From contig JAUCBJ010000419.1 in the NCBI GenBank assembly GCA_032718475.1, positions 13,340 to 77,339 of the forward strand: a stretch of DNA of 64,000 nucleotides. Direction: 5' to 3'. The position numbers and the translations under genes are program-made. The notes under the pieces were generated by a model, which worked only from the letters and a program-made list of their open reading frames with translations, was not told the DNA's origin and did no database searches. Of the stretch, positions 12,501-27,400 are shown piece by piece (the first letter of the stretch is position 1; each line of letters opens with the position of its first letter). Source of the stretch: Nemertoderma westbladi. Lineage: Eukaryota; Animalia; Xenacoelomorpha.

Positions 12501-13421
12501 TACACCCCTTCCCGGATCCAATAAAACTTTGCAATTAACCCGAATCCGCGTTTTACACCCCTCCCCGGATCCAGTAACACTTTGGTAATAAACTTGAATC
12601 CGAGTTTTACACCCCGTCCCGGATCCAATAAAACTTGGTAATAAACTTGAATCCGCGTTTTACACCCCGTCCCGGATCCAATAAAACTTGGTAATAAACT
12701 TGAATCCGTGTTTTACACCCCTTCCCGGATCCAGTAACACTTGGTAATTAACTTCAATCCGCATTTTACACCCCTTCCCGGATCCAATAACATTTTGTAA
12801 TAAACCTGAATCCGTATTTTACACCCAATCCCGGATTCAGTAGAAATATGAATCCGCATTTTACACTCCGTTCAGGATTTAGCCTAAAACATGAATCCGC
12901 GTTTTACACTCCGTTCCGGATCGAAAAAAAAAGCCAATCCGCGTTTTACACTCGGTTACGGATTCGGTAAATTTAGCAGTGCGCGGATCCGCAGATTACG
13001 CCCTAAAAATGTAAATTCAGTCGACTTCCATAGGGACAATGTTAAATGATAGAATCCGGATCCTGATCCGGATCCGCGTTTTACTCTGACCCGGTTTACA
13101 GCTACAACTTCAGTAATAATTAATTTCAGGTACTAATTTGTTGAATTGGTAAATACGCGACCTATTTTAAAAACCAAAATTGGAAAGGGAATAGATAAAC
13201 AATGCGGTATGAATTAATATCAGGTTGAATTAATAGACTTATAATATATATAGAATATGTAGACAGTATATGGAATTAATAACATCAGTTTCTATATAAC
13301 TCGAAGTAAATGTGTCTCAAGTATCATTTTGCCTAAGCGCATCCTGTTAACAGTTGCCGAAAAGCAACCTTGTTACCATGTTGCGAAACGCGACTATCAG
13401 TTGCCGAAACGCGATCACACC
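9507..13421. mobile_element. Non-autonomous TIR element hosting a nested foldback element
   Basis: Imperfect TIR GGTTCTGTCGTGTTTCGGCAATTGA / TCAGTTGCCGAAACGCGATCACACC; TSD GTTAATTA at 9499-9506 and 13422-13429. Confidence 0.65.
9915..13092. mobile_element. Foldback/MULE-like element with two oppositely oriented 53-bp satellite arms
   Basis: Left arm 9915-10378 and right arm ~10990-13092 are reverse complements around a ~600-bp core; 9-bp TSD GGTTTACAG at 9906-9914 and 13093-13101. Confidence 0.8.
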
Positions 13422-14888
13422 GTTAATTAATAGGCGAGTCAATCTAGCCAAAAAGGGGTCAACCCATAACAAATTATCCATTTTTTTTTATTCTATATTA
13501 TAATAATATAATATAATTATAATATCGTATTTCTTGCTAATACTAATACTCCCAAAAAAGTCTATAAAATTAAATTATGGCAATCGCTTTCAATTTCCTG
13601 CTTCTTTCCTTAGCAACATGGATTTTCATAGCAACAAGGGGTCTATTGGTGGGATTTTCTCCAAACTTTACTCCAATGACTATCGATTGATTGAAGTATG
13701 CACTTCTAGATAGTTACCAATTTAGTTTCCATAGCAACGGAAATTTGTCTAATAATTTAACCATTTTCAATACCAATTTTGCTGGTACAATATAAGGACC
13801 TTATTTACACAACTTTTCTACTAAACGGGTGGATGTAACCTCGCCCATCGGATTTATCCACCTCAAAAACCCTTATCCCCAAAAAATTTATTTGTTATAT
13901 GATAAACTATTGTGGTTTTCAAACTAAAATAAATAAATAAATTACACCTAAAATCAATAGAGCAATCACAATTTAATTATGTGAAAAATCTTTACTAACA
14001 TTAATGGAAATTATGAAATTTCCTTGCAGTGGAATTGTATAATTTTTTTACAACGGTTAGCGTAATATATCGTGAAGTTTTTGATATATTGAAAATTTTG
14101 ATGCGATTTCTAGTTTCCGAGATATAGCAATTAATGTGTAACACGCCAGTGTAAATATTATTCATTCCCATTGAATCACAGCCTATTGTGAAATTAATTA
14201 CATTATTCTGGAACATTAATAATTTACTTACTCTTCCCTACTGTTCCTTTTGTTTGGCTTGTTTTATGCAAATTTACGCAGAATTTCCATGACTTATTCA
14301 TATAATCCGCAAAATAAAATTTTATATACTTTTTGGTAATAATTAACAAGGTAATAAATAGAATCCAAAATATGTGGTTCGGATTGATTGCGAAATACTT
14401 CGGTTTTTGTTAGATTGATTCGACTATAAACGAATTCCACCCAGATACAGTCTGTCTAAATCCTATCTAATGACACTTTTCTTGACTTTTTAGATTAAAA
14501 CGTCTTGAATTGGTTTTACATTTCTTTATTGCACTCTTGTATGACTGTGCGTTCAGAGCGTACTCCATACAAGCATATTGGTATCGGCTGGGGCTTGGTG
14601 TCGGATGTGTTCCGTTGTAATGCCGGATGTAGTGTCCTTGTTAATACAGCGTCTAACTGCTTCTACAATACTGTATCGTATGGTGGCACTTATCCGAGGT
14701 TGTAGGAATGTCTCACTGTTGTGTCCCTCTAAGCAACGCACTAACTGCTTACGATCGGTATAATGGAAACCTGGCTTCTACTGCAGGAGTACAGAAAGGG
14801 CTGGAAGATGAGAGAAAGAGGTGTTCACCCTTGGGTGTTAGTGTGGCGCCCTCCCTACCTTATAGTTAATCGTTTAATCGGGTGCTAA

Positions 14889-15150
14889 TACTACTACTAG
14901 TATCGGCATGCTGCATTGCAGCTGCATTTTTAAGAATGCTGTGCCGGCTTGTCGACAAAATTGCGCCGCCACAACTCCCTATCACCCATGACATTTGCTA
15001 GATCATCCGCATCTTTAAGGCCAGTGTCCTCTAAGATGCGTCTCAAGAAAGTCATGGCCTGTCCACCATGCTTATTCACTCCATGAGGCTGCCAAAGTAC
15101 AACATTATGCACTGGCTGGTCCTCACGGCGAAAGCAATGTCCTGCTAATA
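14889..15150 (-). mobile_element. Diverged RTE-like LINE 3' fragment
   Basis: Translation LAGHCFRR..VLWQP..DTGL..MGDRELWR resembles the RTE ORF C-terminus; (TAG)n tail. Confidence 0.65.
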
Positions 15151-15475
15151 ACGATGACAAGAACAATTAAAAATAACAACAATAAGTGGACTTGTACATT
15201 TTTTGTTACGAATTCAAAATTGAGTGATTTAATAATCCTTTAATAAACAAAAGTTAACACAATAAGACAAATAGTCACAGAGCCCAAGCCGATCACAATA
15301 TCAAAAATATTTCACAAACAACATAACCTAACTATAATAATTAATAACCACACCAAAACAGCACAAAAGGAATAAGTAACTATTAAATATATTCAGCGGA
15401 AAAATATCCGATCAACACCCTCCCCTCACACACAACAGTTGATTTAAATCTAAATTGGTGAGTCTAACTCCTCGG

Positions 15476-18400
15476 CTATGGAGTCAATCGTTTAGGATCT
15501 CTAGGGAACAAGGATGTCTTCCTAATATTATCGAGTCCCAGATACAACATAGTCACCCGTTCCAGACCTATACCCCCACCGGCATGGGGAGGACATCCGT
15601 GTCTGAAGGAGTCGATGTACGCACGAATCTTATCCAAATCTACAAACAACAAGTTGAATTGATATTTAAATTTGGGAACAAATTAACTGTGATATCGTAA
15701 CTGATATATTCAATTAGATCATTGATTCATTAGATGCATGCACTTAGCTGCAAAACATGGGGAGTAGTAGTCAAACGCCATGGGATGACGAGGTCCGGGT
15801 GGTTATTGGGGACCTACTTGCCTCTGTGGTGGGACCTTCACTGGTTGAGCGTGAAGTGACCCTCGCTCGGGGTCATTTGGACACATATGGACAGTGTCGG
15901 CATCGTATTTGGACCGACTTGGTGGCACGCGGGGATTGAACATCTCAACGGGTGGCGTCGTTCGACGTCGCAGTTATAAATGCTGACGCCACCTCATACG
16001 CCCAAGCCAACCGATCCACTGAGTCGTTGCTTGAGGAGCGCTGCCGCTACAAGAAGAGGCATTACCGCACCGTCTGTGAGGATAGAAGGATGTCCTTCAC
16101 TCCCCTAGTAGGAACAGTCGATGGAGTCTGGTGCCGCGAGGCCCAGATCCTCATCAAGCACATCGCAGAGGCCCTTGTTGGAAAGCACCAAGGGATGCGA
16201 GAGAGAGGCCTCGCATGTGTGCTAGGTGGAGTGAGGAGGTGTCTACAATTCGCGCTCCTCCGGGCGAGTTCCCTATGTCTCCTTTCGCTCGTGGTGCTCG
16301 CTTGAGCACCACGAGAACTGCGTGGCTGGGACCTGACAGCGCACTACTGACTTGTCAGTAGCTTCCAGAGTTCGCTATATGTCGTTCTGTCTGTCTGTTT
16401 CTCAATGCTATTTTTTGTATTATCATGTTTATTTATTATATTTGTTGGATTATTTAGAGTTATATAGTATTAAATCCAATATCATGAACATAAATTGTGC
16501 AATATTAGTAATTTATTTAAATCCCTAACCTAAAATCATGCGAAAATAAATCACGGGAGCGGATCATGGATTTCAGTTATAGAGGTGGTGTAATGCTCTT
16601 TTATTAGTAACTCTCCAGACCGTGATGTAATGCTCGTTCTGTTATTTTTAAACTCACCCAGACAGCGGTGTAATGCTCGCTCCGTATGTAATGCTCTTTC
16701 TGTTATGTTTGAACTCACCCAGACAGCGGTGTAATGCTCGCTCCGTATGTAATGCTCTTTCTGTTATGTTTAAACTCACCTAGACCGTGGTGTAATGCCC
16801 GCTCCGTTAGTAACTCACCCAGACCGTGGTGTAATGCTCGCTCCGTTAGTAACTCACCTAGACCGTGGTGTAATGCTCGCTCCGTTAGTAACTCACCTAG
16901 ACCGTGGTGTAATGCTCGCTCCGTTAGTAACTCACCTAGACCGTGGTGTAATGCTCGCTCAGATAGTAACTCACCTAGACCGTGGTGTAATGCTCGTTCC
17001 GTTAGTAACTCTGGGTCGTGTATACGCTGGGCTCCACTCATGACTTCCTCTCCCCTCATATAAATATCATAAGAATTCCCTCGCGTCGGGTCAGCGGGGT
17101 CAGGCATCGTATAGAACGGCCGAATTCCAATAGGAAACTTGTCCAGAATGTAGAAATCAGTGTCGTACTAAATACAATAAATATTGCTAAGATCGGGAAG
17201 GATATTGTCAGTGGGTTAGAGAGGTGGACCTTCAGGTCATAGTTAATAACGTTTAAATGTAGGAAATAGTAAACACCATTTGGACCAATCAATGGCGTGA
17301 TCGTCAATTAATTTTTGCCAATTAAAGTTAGTTTCAAATTAAAATATCCATACTTTTTTATTATATTACATATTTTATAATAGAATATAGGATTTATCTA
17401 TTTTTTATTTAGTAAAAAGTAGCAAAATAAATATTTTGATGTGATTATATTTTAAAATTCTAATATATTAAAATAAATTGAATTGTTCCCATGAGATAGT
17501 CCTAGCGACAATTGCTAAACCCAATCTATCTTCTTTCCAAATGAATTATATAACCTTTTTATTCACTAATTTTCCCAGTAGTTTCTCGTTGGGGGTTGAT
17601 AAATCGTCGTCGAATCCAACATCCTCGACACCGGCATCCTTCAGCATCTGGATACCTTCACGAAACTCCAGCCGTAATCTGGGTCAATAAAACCAAAGTA
17701 TTAGACCTACAACCAAAAAACTAAACGACAACTGTGGGCATAATACAGTTGCTGTTGACAAAAAATTATCGAAGGCCTTACTTACGTTGGTTCGAGGTAT
17801 TTGAAGGGTTCGTGAGGGAACTGTTTATTTACCGAGGCGATTTCGTCCGCGTATCGAGTTTCCAAGCCTTTGAATATGGAAACGAATACGTCGGCGATCG
17901 TGTCCAGGGCCTCGTGGTAGTGGTAGTAGAAGGACATCTCCAAATCCAAACCGACAAACTCACAGAGATGGCGATGGGTGTTGGAATCCTCGGCTCGGAA
18001 CACTAAAGGGAGAGAGGAAACAGTCAGGAAAAATAATATCAGAAAGATAAATAGTTAAATTTACTATCATTGTTGTTATAGAATTCTTATTTAAGAAAGT
18101 AAAGTATTGTAATCAGTCCACACGACCATCCTGAGCAGCACCCACCCTTCTGGGGGCCTAACTGGCTGATAATAAACGATAATCAGTATCTCCCTCACCT
18201 GAGCCAATAACAAAGACTTTCTCGAAGTCGGCACAGATGGCCATCTGTTTGTACAGCTGAGGCGACTGGGCGAGGTATGCGCTCCGCTTAAAGTAGGAAA
18301 CCTCAAATACATTGGCACCGCCTTCCGACGCAGCTGAAAGCAAATAATTCGAAAAGTAAAATATAAGTTCTTAATTGTTTCTTATTATCTTTCTGTTGGA

Positions 18401-21400
18401 GAAGTTGTTCTAGAATATATTAACTAACCAGAAATAATTTTCGGGCTTTGAATTTCAATAAAACCACGTTTCCTTAAGGTTTCCGCAAACAATTCACAAA
18501 CGCCGGATTCCAAACGGAAAATCGCCTGATTGGTTGGAGTTCGCAGGTCCAGCCATCGATTATCCAATCGCGTGTCCTGGTTTACAGTTGCTTGTCCGTC
18601 AGTAGATTCCTTACCAACGCGCATAGCATCTTCTATAAAACGGATATTTTGTATAAATTAGTTGTGTTTGTGACAGAGGATCTGTTCTTATAATAGCAAC
18701 GAAATACAATCCAACACCTACTCACCTATTTGCAGTGGTAGTCACACCTACTCACCTATTAGCAGTGGTAGTCACACCTACTCACCTATTTGCAGTGGTA
18801 GTCACACCTACTCTCACCTATTTGCAGTGGTAGTCACACCTACTCACCTATTAGAAGTGGTAGTCAGTAGTCACACCTACTCACCTATTAGAAATGGTAG
18901 TCAGTAGACACACCTACTCACCTATTTGCAGTGGTAGTCACACCTACTCGCCTATTTGCAGTGGCAGTCAGTAGTCACACCTACTCACCTATTAGCAGTG
19001 GTAGTCACACCTACTCACCTATTTGCAGTGGTAGTCAGTAGACACACCTACTCACCTATTTGCAGTGGTAGTCACACCTACTCGCCTATTTGCAGTGGCA
19101 GTCAGTAGTCACACCTACTCACCTATTAGCAGTGGTAGTCACACCTACTCACCTATTTGCAGTGGTAGTCAGTAGTCACACCTACTCACCTATTAGCAGT
19201 GGTAGTCACACCTACTCACCTATTTGCAGTGGTAGTCAGTAGTCACACCTACTCACCTATTGGCAGTGGTAGTCACACCTACTCACCTATTTGCAGTGGT
19301 AGTCAGTAGTCACACCTACTGACCTATTAGCAGTGGTAGTCACACCTACTCACCTATTGGAAGTGGTAGACACACCTACTCACCTATTTGCAGTGGTAGT
19401 CACACCTACTCACCTATTTGCAGTGGTAGTCAGTAGTCACCCCTACTCACATATTTGCAGTGGTAGTCACACCTACTCACCTATTAGAAGTGGTAGTCAC
19501 ACCTACTCACCTATTTGCAGTGGTAGTCAGTAGTCACACCTACTCACCTATTAGAAGTGGTAGTCACACCTACTCACCTATTTGCAGTGGTAGTCAGTAG
19601 TCACACCTACTCACCTATTAGCAGTGGTAGTCACACCTACTCACCTATTAGCAGTGGTAGTCAGTAGTCACACCTACTCACCTATTTGCAGTGGTAGTCA
19701 GTAGTCACCCCTACTCACCTATTTGCAGTGGTAGTCAGTAGTCACACCTACTCACCTATTAGCAGTGGTAGTCACACCTACTCACCTATTAGCAGTGGTA
19801 GTCACACCTACTCACCTATTTGCAGTGGTAGTCACACCTACTCACCTATTTGCAGTGGTAGTCACACCTACTCACCTATTAGAAGTGGTAGTCACACCTA
19901 CTCACCTATTTGCAGTGGTAGTCAGTAGTCACACCTACTCACCTATTAGAAGTGGTAGTCACACCTACTCACCTATTTGCAGTGGTAGTCAGTAGTCACA
20001 CCTACTCACCTATTAGCAGTGGTAGTTACACCTACTCACCTATTAGCAGTGGTAGTCAGTAGTCACACCTACTCACCTATTTGCAGTGGTAGTCAGTAGT
20101 CACCCCTACTCACATATTTGCAGTGGTAGTCAGTAGTCACACCTACTCACCTATTAGCAGTGGTAGTCACACCTACTCACCTATTAGCAGTGGTAGTCAC
20201 ACCTACTCACCTATTTGCAGTGGTAGTCAGTAGTCACCCCTACTCACATATTTGCAGTGGTAGTCAGTAGTCACACCTACTCACCTATTAGAAGTGGTAG
20301 TCACACCTACTCACCTATTAGCAGTGGTAGTCACACCTACTCACCTATTTGCAGTGGTAGTCAGTAGTCACCCCTACTCACATATTTGCAGTGGTAGTCA
20401 GTAGTCACACCTACTCACCTATTAGAAGTGGTAGTCACACCTACTCACCTATTTGCAGTGGTAGTCAGTAGTCACACCTACTCACCTATTAGCAGTGGTA
20501 GTCACACCTACTCACCTATTAGCAGTGGTAGTCACACCTACTCACCTATTTGCAGTGGTAGTCACCCCTACTCACATATTTGCAGTGGTAGTCAGTAGTC
20601 ACACCTACTCACCTATTAGAAGTGGTAGTCACACCTACTCACCTATTTGCAGTGGTAGTCAGTAGTCACACCTACTCACCTATTAGAAGTGGTAGTCACA
20701 CCTACTCACCTATTTGCAGTGGTAGTCAGTAGTCACACCTACTCACCTATTAGAAGTGGTAGTCACACCTACTCACCTATTTGCAGTGGTAGTCAGTAGT
20801 CACACCTACTCACATATTAGAAGTGGTAGTCACACCTACTCACCTATTTGCAGTGGTAGTCAGTAGTCACACCTACTCACCTATTTGCAGTGGTAGTCAC
20901 ACCTACTCACCTATTTGCAGTGGTAGTCACACCTACTCACCTATTAGAAGTGGTAGACACACCTACTCACCTATTAGAAGTGGTAGACACACCTATTCAC
21001 CTATTTGCAGTGGTAGTCACACCTACTCACCTATTTGCAGTGGTAGTCAGTAGTCACACCTACTCACCTATTTGCAGTGGTAGTCACACCTACTCACCTA
21101 TTAGAAGTGGTAGTCACACCTACTCACCTATTAGAAGTGGTAGACACACCTACTCACCTATTTGCAGTGGTAGTCACACCTACTCACCTATTTGCAGTGG
21201 TAGCCAGTAGTCACACCTACTCACCTATTAGCAGTGGTAGTCACACCTACTCACCTATTTGCAGTGGTAGTCAGTAGTCACACCTACTCACCTATTAGCA
21301 GTGATAGTCACACCTACTCACCTATTTGCAGTGGTAGTCAGTAGTCACAGCTACTCACCTATTTGCAGTGGTAGTCACACCTACTCACCTATTTGCAGTG

Positions 21401-24400
21401 GTAGTCACACCTACTCACCTATTAGAAGTGGTAGACACACCTATTCACCTATTTGCAGTGGTAGTCACACCTACTCACCTATTTGCAGTGGTAGTCAGTA
21501 GTCACACCTACTCACCTATTTGCAGTGGTAGTCACACCTACTCACCTATTAGCAGTGATAGTCAGTAGTCACACCTACTCACCTATTAGCAGTGGTAGTC
21601 ACACCTACTCACCTATTTGCAGTGGTAGTCACACCTACTCACCTATTAGCAGTGGTAGACACACCTATTCACCTATTTGCAGTGGTAGTCACACCTACTC
21701 ACCTATTTGCAGTGGTAGTCACACCTACTCACCTATTAGCAGTGGTAGTCAGTAGTCACCTACTCACCTATTAGCAGTGGTAGACACACCTACTCACCTA
21801 TTTGCAGTGGTAGTCACACCTACTCACCTATTAGCAGTGGTAGACACACCTACTCACATATTTGCAGTGGTAGTCACACCTACTCACCTATTAGCAGTGG
21901 TAGTCAGTAGTCACACCTACTCACCTATTAGAAGTGGTAGTCACACCTACTCACCTATTAGCAGTGGTAGTCAGTAGTCACACCTACTCACCTATTAGAA
22001 GTGGTAGTCACACCTACTCACCTATTAGCAGTGGTAGTCAGTAGTCACACCTACTCACCTATTAGCAGTGGTAGACACACCTACTCACCTATTTGCAGTG
22101 GTAGTCAGTAGTCACAGCTACTCACCTATTTGCAGTGGTAGTCACACCTACTCACCTATTAGCAGGGTAGTCAGTAGTCACACCTACTCACCTATTAGAA
22201 GTGGTAGTCACACCTACTCACCTATTTGCAGTGGTAGTCAGTAGTCACACCTACTCACCTATTAGCAGTGGTAGTCACACCTACTCACCTATTAGAAGTG
22301 GTAGTCACACCTACTCACCTATTAGAAGTGGTAGACACACCTACTCACCTATTTGCAGTGGTAGTCACACCTACTCACCTATTTGCAGTGGTAGCCAGTA
22401 GTCACACCTACTCACCTATTAGCAGTGGTAGTCACACCTACTCACCTATTTGCAGTGGTAGTCAGTAGTCACACCTACTCACCTATTAGCAGTGATAGTC
22501 ACACCTACTCACCTATTTGCAGTGGTAGTCAGTAGTCACACCTACTCACCTATTAGCAGTGGTAGTCACACCTACTCACCTATTAGCAGTGGTAGTCACA
22601 CCTACTCACCTATTTGCAGTGGTAGTCACACCTACTCACCTATTTGCAGTGGTAGTCACACCTACTCACCTATTAGAAGTGGTAGTCACACCTACTCACC
22701 TATTTGCAGTGGTAGTCAGTAGTCAAGTCACACCTACTCACCTATTAGAAGTGGTAGTCACACCTACTCACCTATTTGCAGTGGTAGTCAGTAGTCACAC
22801 CTACTCACCTATTAGCAGTGGTAGTCACACCTACTCACCTATTAGCAGTGGTAGTCAGTAGTCACACCTACTCACCTATTTGCAGTGGTAGTCAGTAGTC
22901 ACCCCTACTCACATATTTGCAGTGGTAGTCAGTAGTCACACCTACTCACCTATTAGCAGTGGTAGTCACACCTACTCACCTATTAGCAGTGGTAGTCACA
23001 CCTACTCACCTATTTGCAGTGGTAGTCAGTAGTCACCCCTACTCACATATTTGCAGTGGTAGTCAGTAGTCACACCTACTCACCTATTAGAAGTGGTAGT
23101 CACACCTACTCACCTATTAGCAGTGGTAGTCACACCTACTCACCTATTTGCAGTGGTAGTCAGTAGTCACCCCTACTCACATATTTGCAGTGGTAGTCAG
23201 TAGTCACACCTACTCACCTATTAGAAGTGGTAGTCACACCTACTCACCTATTTGCAGTGGTAGTCAGTAGTCACACCTACTCACCTATTAGCAGTGGTAG
23301 TCACACCTACTCACCTATTAGCAGTGGTAGTCACACCTACTCACCTATTTGCAGTGGTAGTCACCCCTACTCACATATTTGCAGTGGTAGTCAGTAGTCA
23401 CACCTACTCACCTATTAGAAGTGGTAGTCACACCTACTCACCTATTTGCAGTGGTAGTCAGTAGTCACACCTACTCACCTATTAGAAGTGGTAGTCACAC
23501 CTACTCACCTATTTGCAGTGGTAGTCAGTAGTCACACCTACTCACCTATTAGAAGTGGTAGTCACACCTACTCACCTATTTGCAGTGGTAGTCAGTAGTC
23601 ACACCTACTCACATATTAGAAGTGGTAGTCACACCTACTCACCTATTTGCAGTGGTAGTCAGTAGTCACACCTACTCACCTATTTGCAGTGGTAGTCACA
23701 CCTACTCACCTATTTGCAGTGGTAGTCACACCTACTCACCTATTAGAAGTGGTAGACACACCTACTCACCTATTAGAAGTGGTAGACACACCTATTCACC
23801 TATTTGCAGTGGTAGTCACACCTACTCACCTATTTGCAGTGGTAGTCAGTAGTCACACCTACTCACCTATTTGCAGTGGTAGTCACACCTACTCACCTAT
23901 TAGAAGTGGTAGTCACACCTACTCACCTATTAGAAGTGGTAGACACACCTACTCACCTATTTGCAGTGGTAGTCACACCTACTCACCTATTTGCAGTGGT
24001 AGCCAGTAGTCACACCTACTCACCTATTAGCAGTGGTAGTCACACCTACTCACCTATTTGCAGTGGTAGTCAGTAGTCACACCTACTCACCTATTAGCAG
24101 TGATAGTCACACCTACTCACCTATTTGCAGTGGTAGTCAGTAGTCACACCTACTCACCTATTTGCAGTGGTAGTCACACCTACTCACCTATTTGCAGTGG
24201 TAGTCACACCTACTCACCTATTATAAGTGGTAGACACACCTACTCACCTATTAGAAGTGGTAGACACACCTATTCACCTATTTGCAGTGGTAGTCACACC
24301 TACTCACCTATTTGCAGTGGTAGTCAGTAGTCACACCTACTCACCTATTTGCAGTGGTAGTCACACCTACTCACCTATTAGCAGTGATAGTCAGTAGTCA

Positions 24401-27400
24401 CACCTACTCACCTATTAGCAGTGGTAGTCACACCTACTCACCTATTTGCAGTGGTAGTCACACCTACTCACCTATTAGCAGTGGTAGACACACCTATTCA
24501 CCTATTTGCAGTGGTAGTCACACCTACTCACCTATTTGCAGTGGTAGTCACACCTACTCACCTATTAGCAGTGGTAGTCAGTAGTCACCTACTCACCTAT
24601 TAGCAGTGGTAGACACACCTACTCACCTATTTGCAGTGGTAGTCACACCTACTCACCTATTAGCAGTGGTAGACACACCTACTCACATATTTGCAGTGGT
24701 AGTCACACCTACTCACCTATTAGCAGTGGTAGTCAGTAGTCACACCTACTCACCTATTAAAAGTGGTAGTCACACCTACTCACCTATTAGCAGTGGTAGT
24801 CAGTAGTCACACCTACTCACCTATTAGAAGTGGTAGTCACACCTACTCACCTATTAGCAGTGGTAGTCAGTAGTCACACCTACTCACCTATTAGCAGTGG
24901 TAGACACACCTACTCACCTATTTGCAGTGGTAGTCAGTAGTCACAGCTACTCACCTATTTGCAGTGGTAGTCACATCTACTCACCTATTAGCAGGGTAGT
25001 CAGTAGTCACACCTACTCACCTATTAGAAGTGGTAGTCACACCTACTCACCTATTTGCAGTGGTAGTCAGTAGTCACACCTACTCACCTATTAGCAGTGG
25101 TAGTCACACCTACTCACCTATTAGAAGTGGTAGTCACACCTACTCACCTATTAGAAGTGGTAGACACACCTACTCACCTATTTGCAGTGGTAGTCACACC
25201 TACTCACCTATTTGCAGTGGTAGTCAGTAGTCACACCTATTCACCTATTTGCAGTGGTAGTCACACCTACTCACCTATTTGCAGTGGTAGTCAGTAGTCA
25301 CACCTACTCACCTATTAGCAGTGATAGTCACACCTACTCACCTATTTGCAGTGGTAGTCAGTAGTCACACCTACTCACCTATTTGCAGTGGTAGTCACAC
25401 CTACTCACCTATTTGCAGTGGTAGTCACACCTACTCACCTATTAGAAGTGGTAGACACACCTACTCACCTATTAGAAGTGGTAGACACACCTATTCACCT
25501 ATTTGCAGTGGTAGTCACACCTACTCACCTATTTGCAGTGGTAGTCAGTAGTCACACCTACTCACCTATTTGCAGTGGTAGTCAGTAGTCACACCTACTC
25601 ACCTATTTGCAGTGGTAGTCACACCTACTCACCTATTAGCAGTGATAGTCAGTAGTCACACCTACTCACCTATTAGCAGTGGTAGTCACACCTACTCACC
25701 TATTTGCAGTGGTAGTCACCCCTACTCACCTATTAGCAGTGGTAGACACACCTATTCACCTATTTGCAGTGGTAGTCACACCTACTCACCTATTTGCAGT
25801 GGTAGTCAGTAGTCACACCTACTCACCTATTAGCAGTGGTAGTCAGTAGTCACACCTACTCACCTATTAGCAGTGGTAGTCAGTAGTCACCTACTCACCT
25901 ATTAGCAGTGGTAGACACACCTACTCACCTATTTGCAGTGGTAGTCACACCTACTCACCTATTAGCAGTGGTAGTCAGTAGTCACACCTACTCATCTATT
26001 TGCAGTGGTAGTCACACCTACTCACCTATTAGCAGTGGTAGTCAGTAGTCACACCTACTCACCTATTAGAAGTGGTAGTCACACCTACTCACCTATTAGC
26101 AGTGGTAGTCAGTAGTCACACCTACTCACCTATTAGCAGTGGTAGACACACCTACTCACCTATTTGCAGTGGTAGTCAGTAGTCACAGCTACTCACCTAT
26201 TTGCAGTGGTAGTCACACCTACTCACCTATTAGCAGTGGTAGACACACCTACTCACCTATTTGCAGTGGTAGTCAGTAGTCACACCTACTCACCTATTAG
26301 CCGTGGTAGTCACACCTACTCACCTATTAGCAGTGGTAGTCAGTAGTCACACCTACTCACCTATTAGCAGTGGTAGACACACCTACTCACCTATTTGCAG
26401 TGGTAGTCACACCTACTCACCTATTTGCAGTGGTAGTCAGTAGTCACACCTACTCACCTATTTGCAGTGGTAGTCAGTAGTCACACCTACTCACCTATTA
26501 GCAGTGGTAGTCAGTAGTCACACCTACTCACCTATTAGCAGTAGTAGTCAGTAGTCACCTACTCACCTATTAGCAGTGGTAGACACACCTACTCACCTAT
26601 TTGCAGTGGTAGTCAGTAGTCACACCTACTCACCTATTAGCAGTGGTAGACACACCTATTCACCTATTTGCAGTGGTAGTCACACCTACTCACCTATTTG
26701 CAGTGGTAGTCAGTAGTCACACCTACTCACCTATTTGCAGTGGTAGTCAGTAGTCACACCTACTCACCTATTAGCAGTGGTAGTCAGTAGTCACACCTAC
26801 TCACCTATTAGCAGTGGTAGTCAGTAGTCACACCTACTCACCTATTTGCAGTGGTAGTCAGTAGTCACACCTACTCACCTATTTGCAGTGGTAGTCAGTA
26901 GTCACACCTACTCACCTATTTGCAGTGGTAGTCAGTAGTCACACCTACTCACCTATTAGCAGTGGTAGTCAGTAGTCACACCTACTCACCTATTTGCAGT
27001 GGTAGTCAGTAGTCACAGCTACTCACCTATTTGCAGTGGTAGTCACACCTACTCACCTATTAGCAGTGGTAGACACACCTACTCACCTATTTGCAGTGGT
27101 AGTCAGTAGTCACACCTACTCACCTATTAGCAGTGGTAGTCACACCTACTCACCTATTAGCAGTGGTAGTCAGTAGTCACACCTACTCACCTATTAGCAG
27201 TGGTAGACACACCTATTCACCTATTTGCAGTGGTAGTCACACCTACTCACATATTTGCAGTGGTAGTCAGTAGTCACACCTACTCACCTATTTGCAGTGG
27301 TAGTCAGTAGTCACACCTACTCACCTATTAGCAGTGGTAGTCACACCTACTCACCTATTAGCAGTGGTAGTCAGTAGTCACACCTACTCACCTATTAGCA

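Noticed and set aside
14500-14880. GC-elevated segment with short ORFs
   Set aside because: No recognisable protein or RNA motif; probably a TE remnant that I cannot classify.
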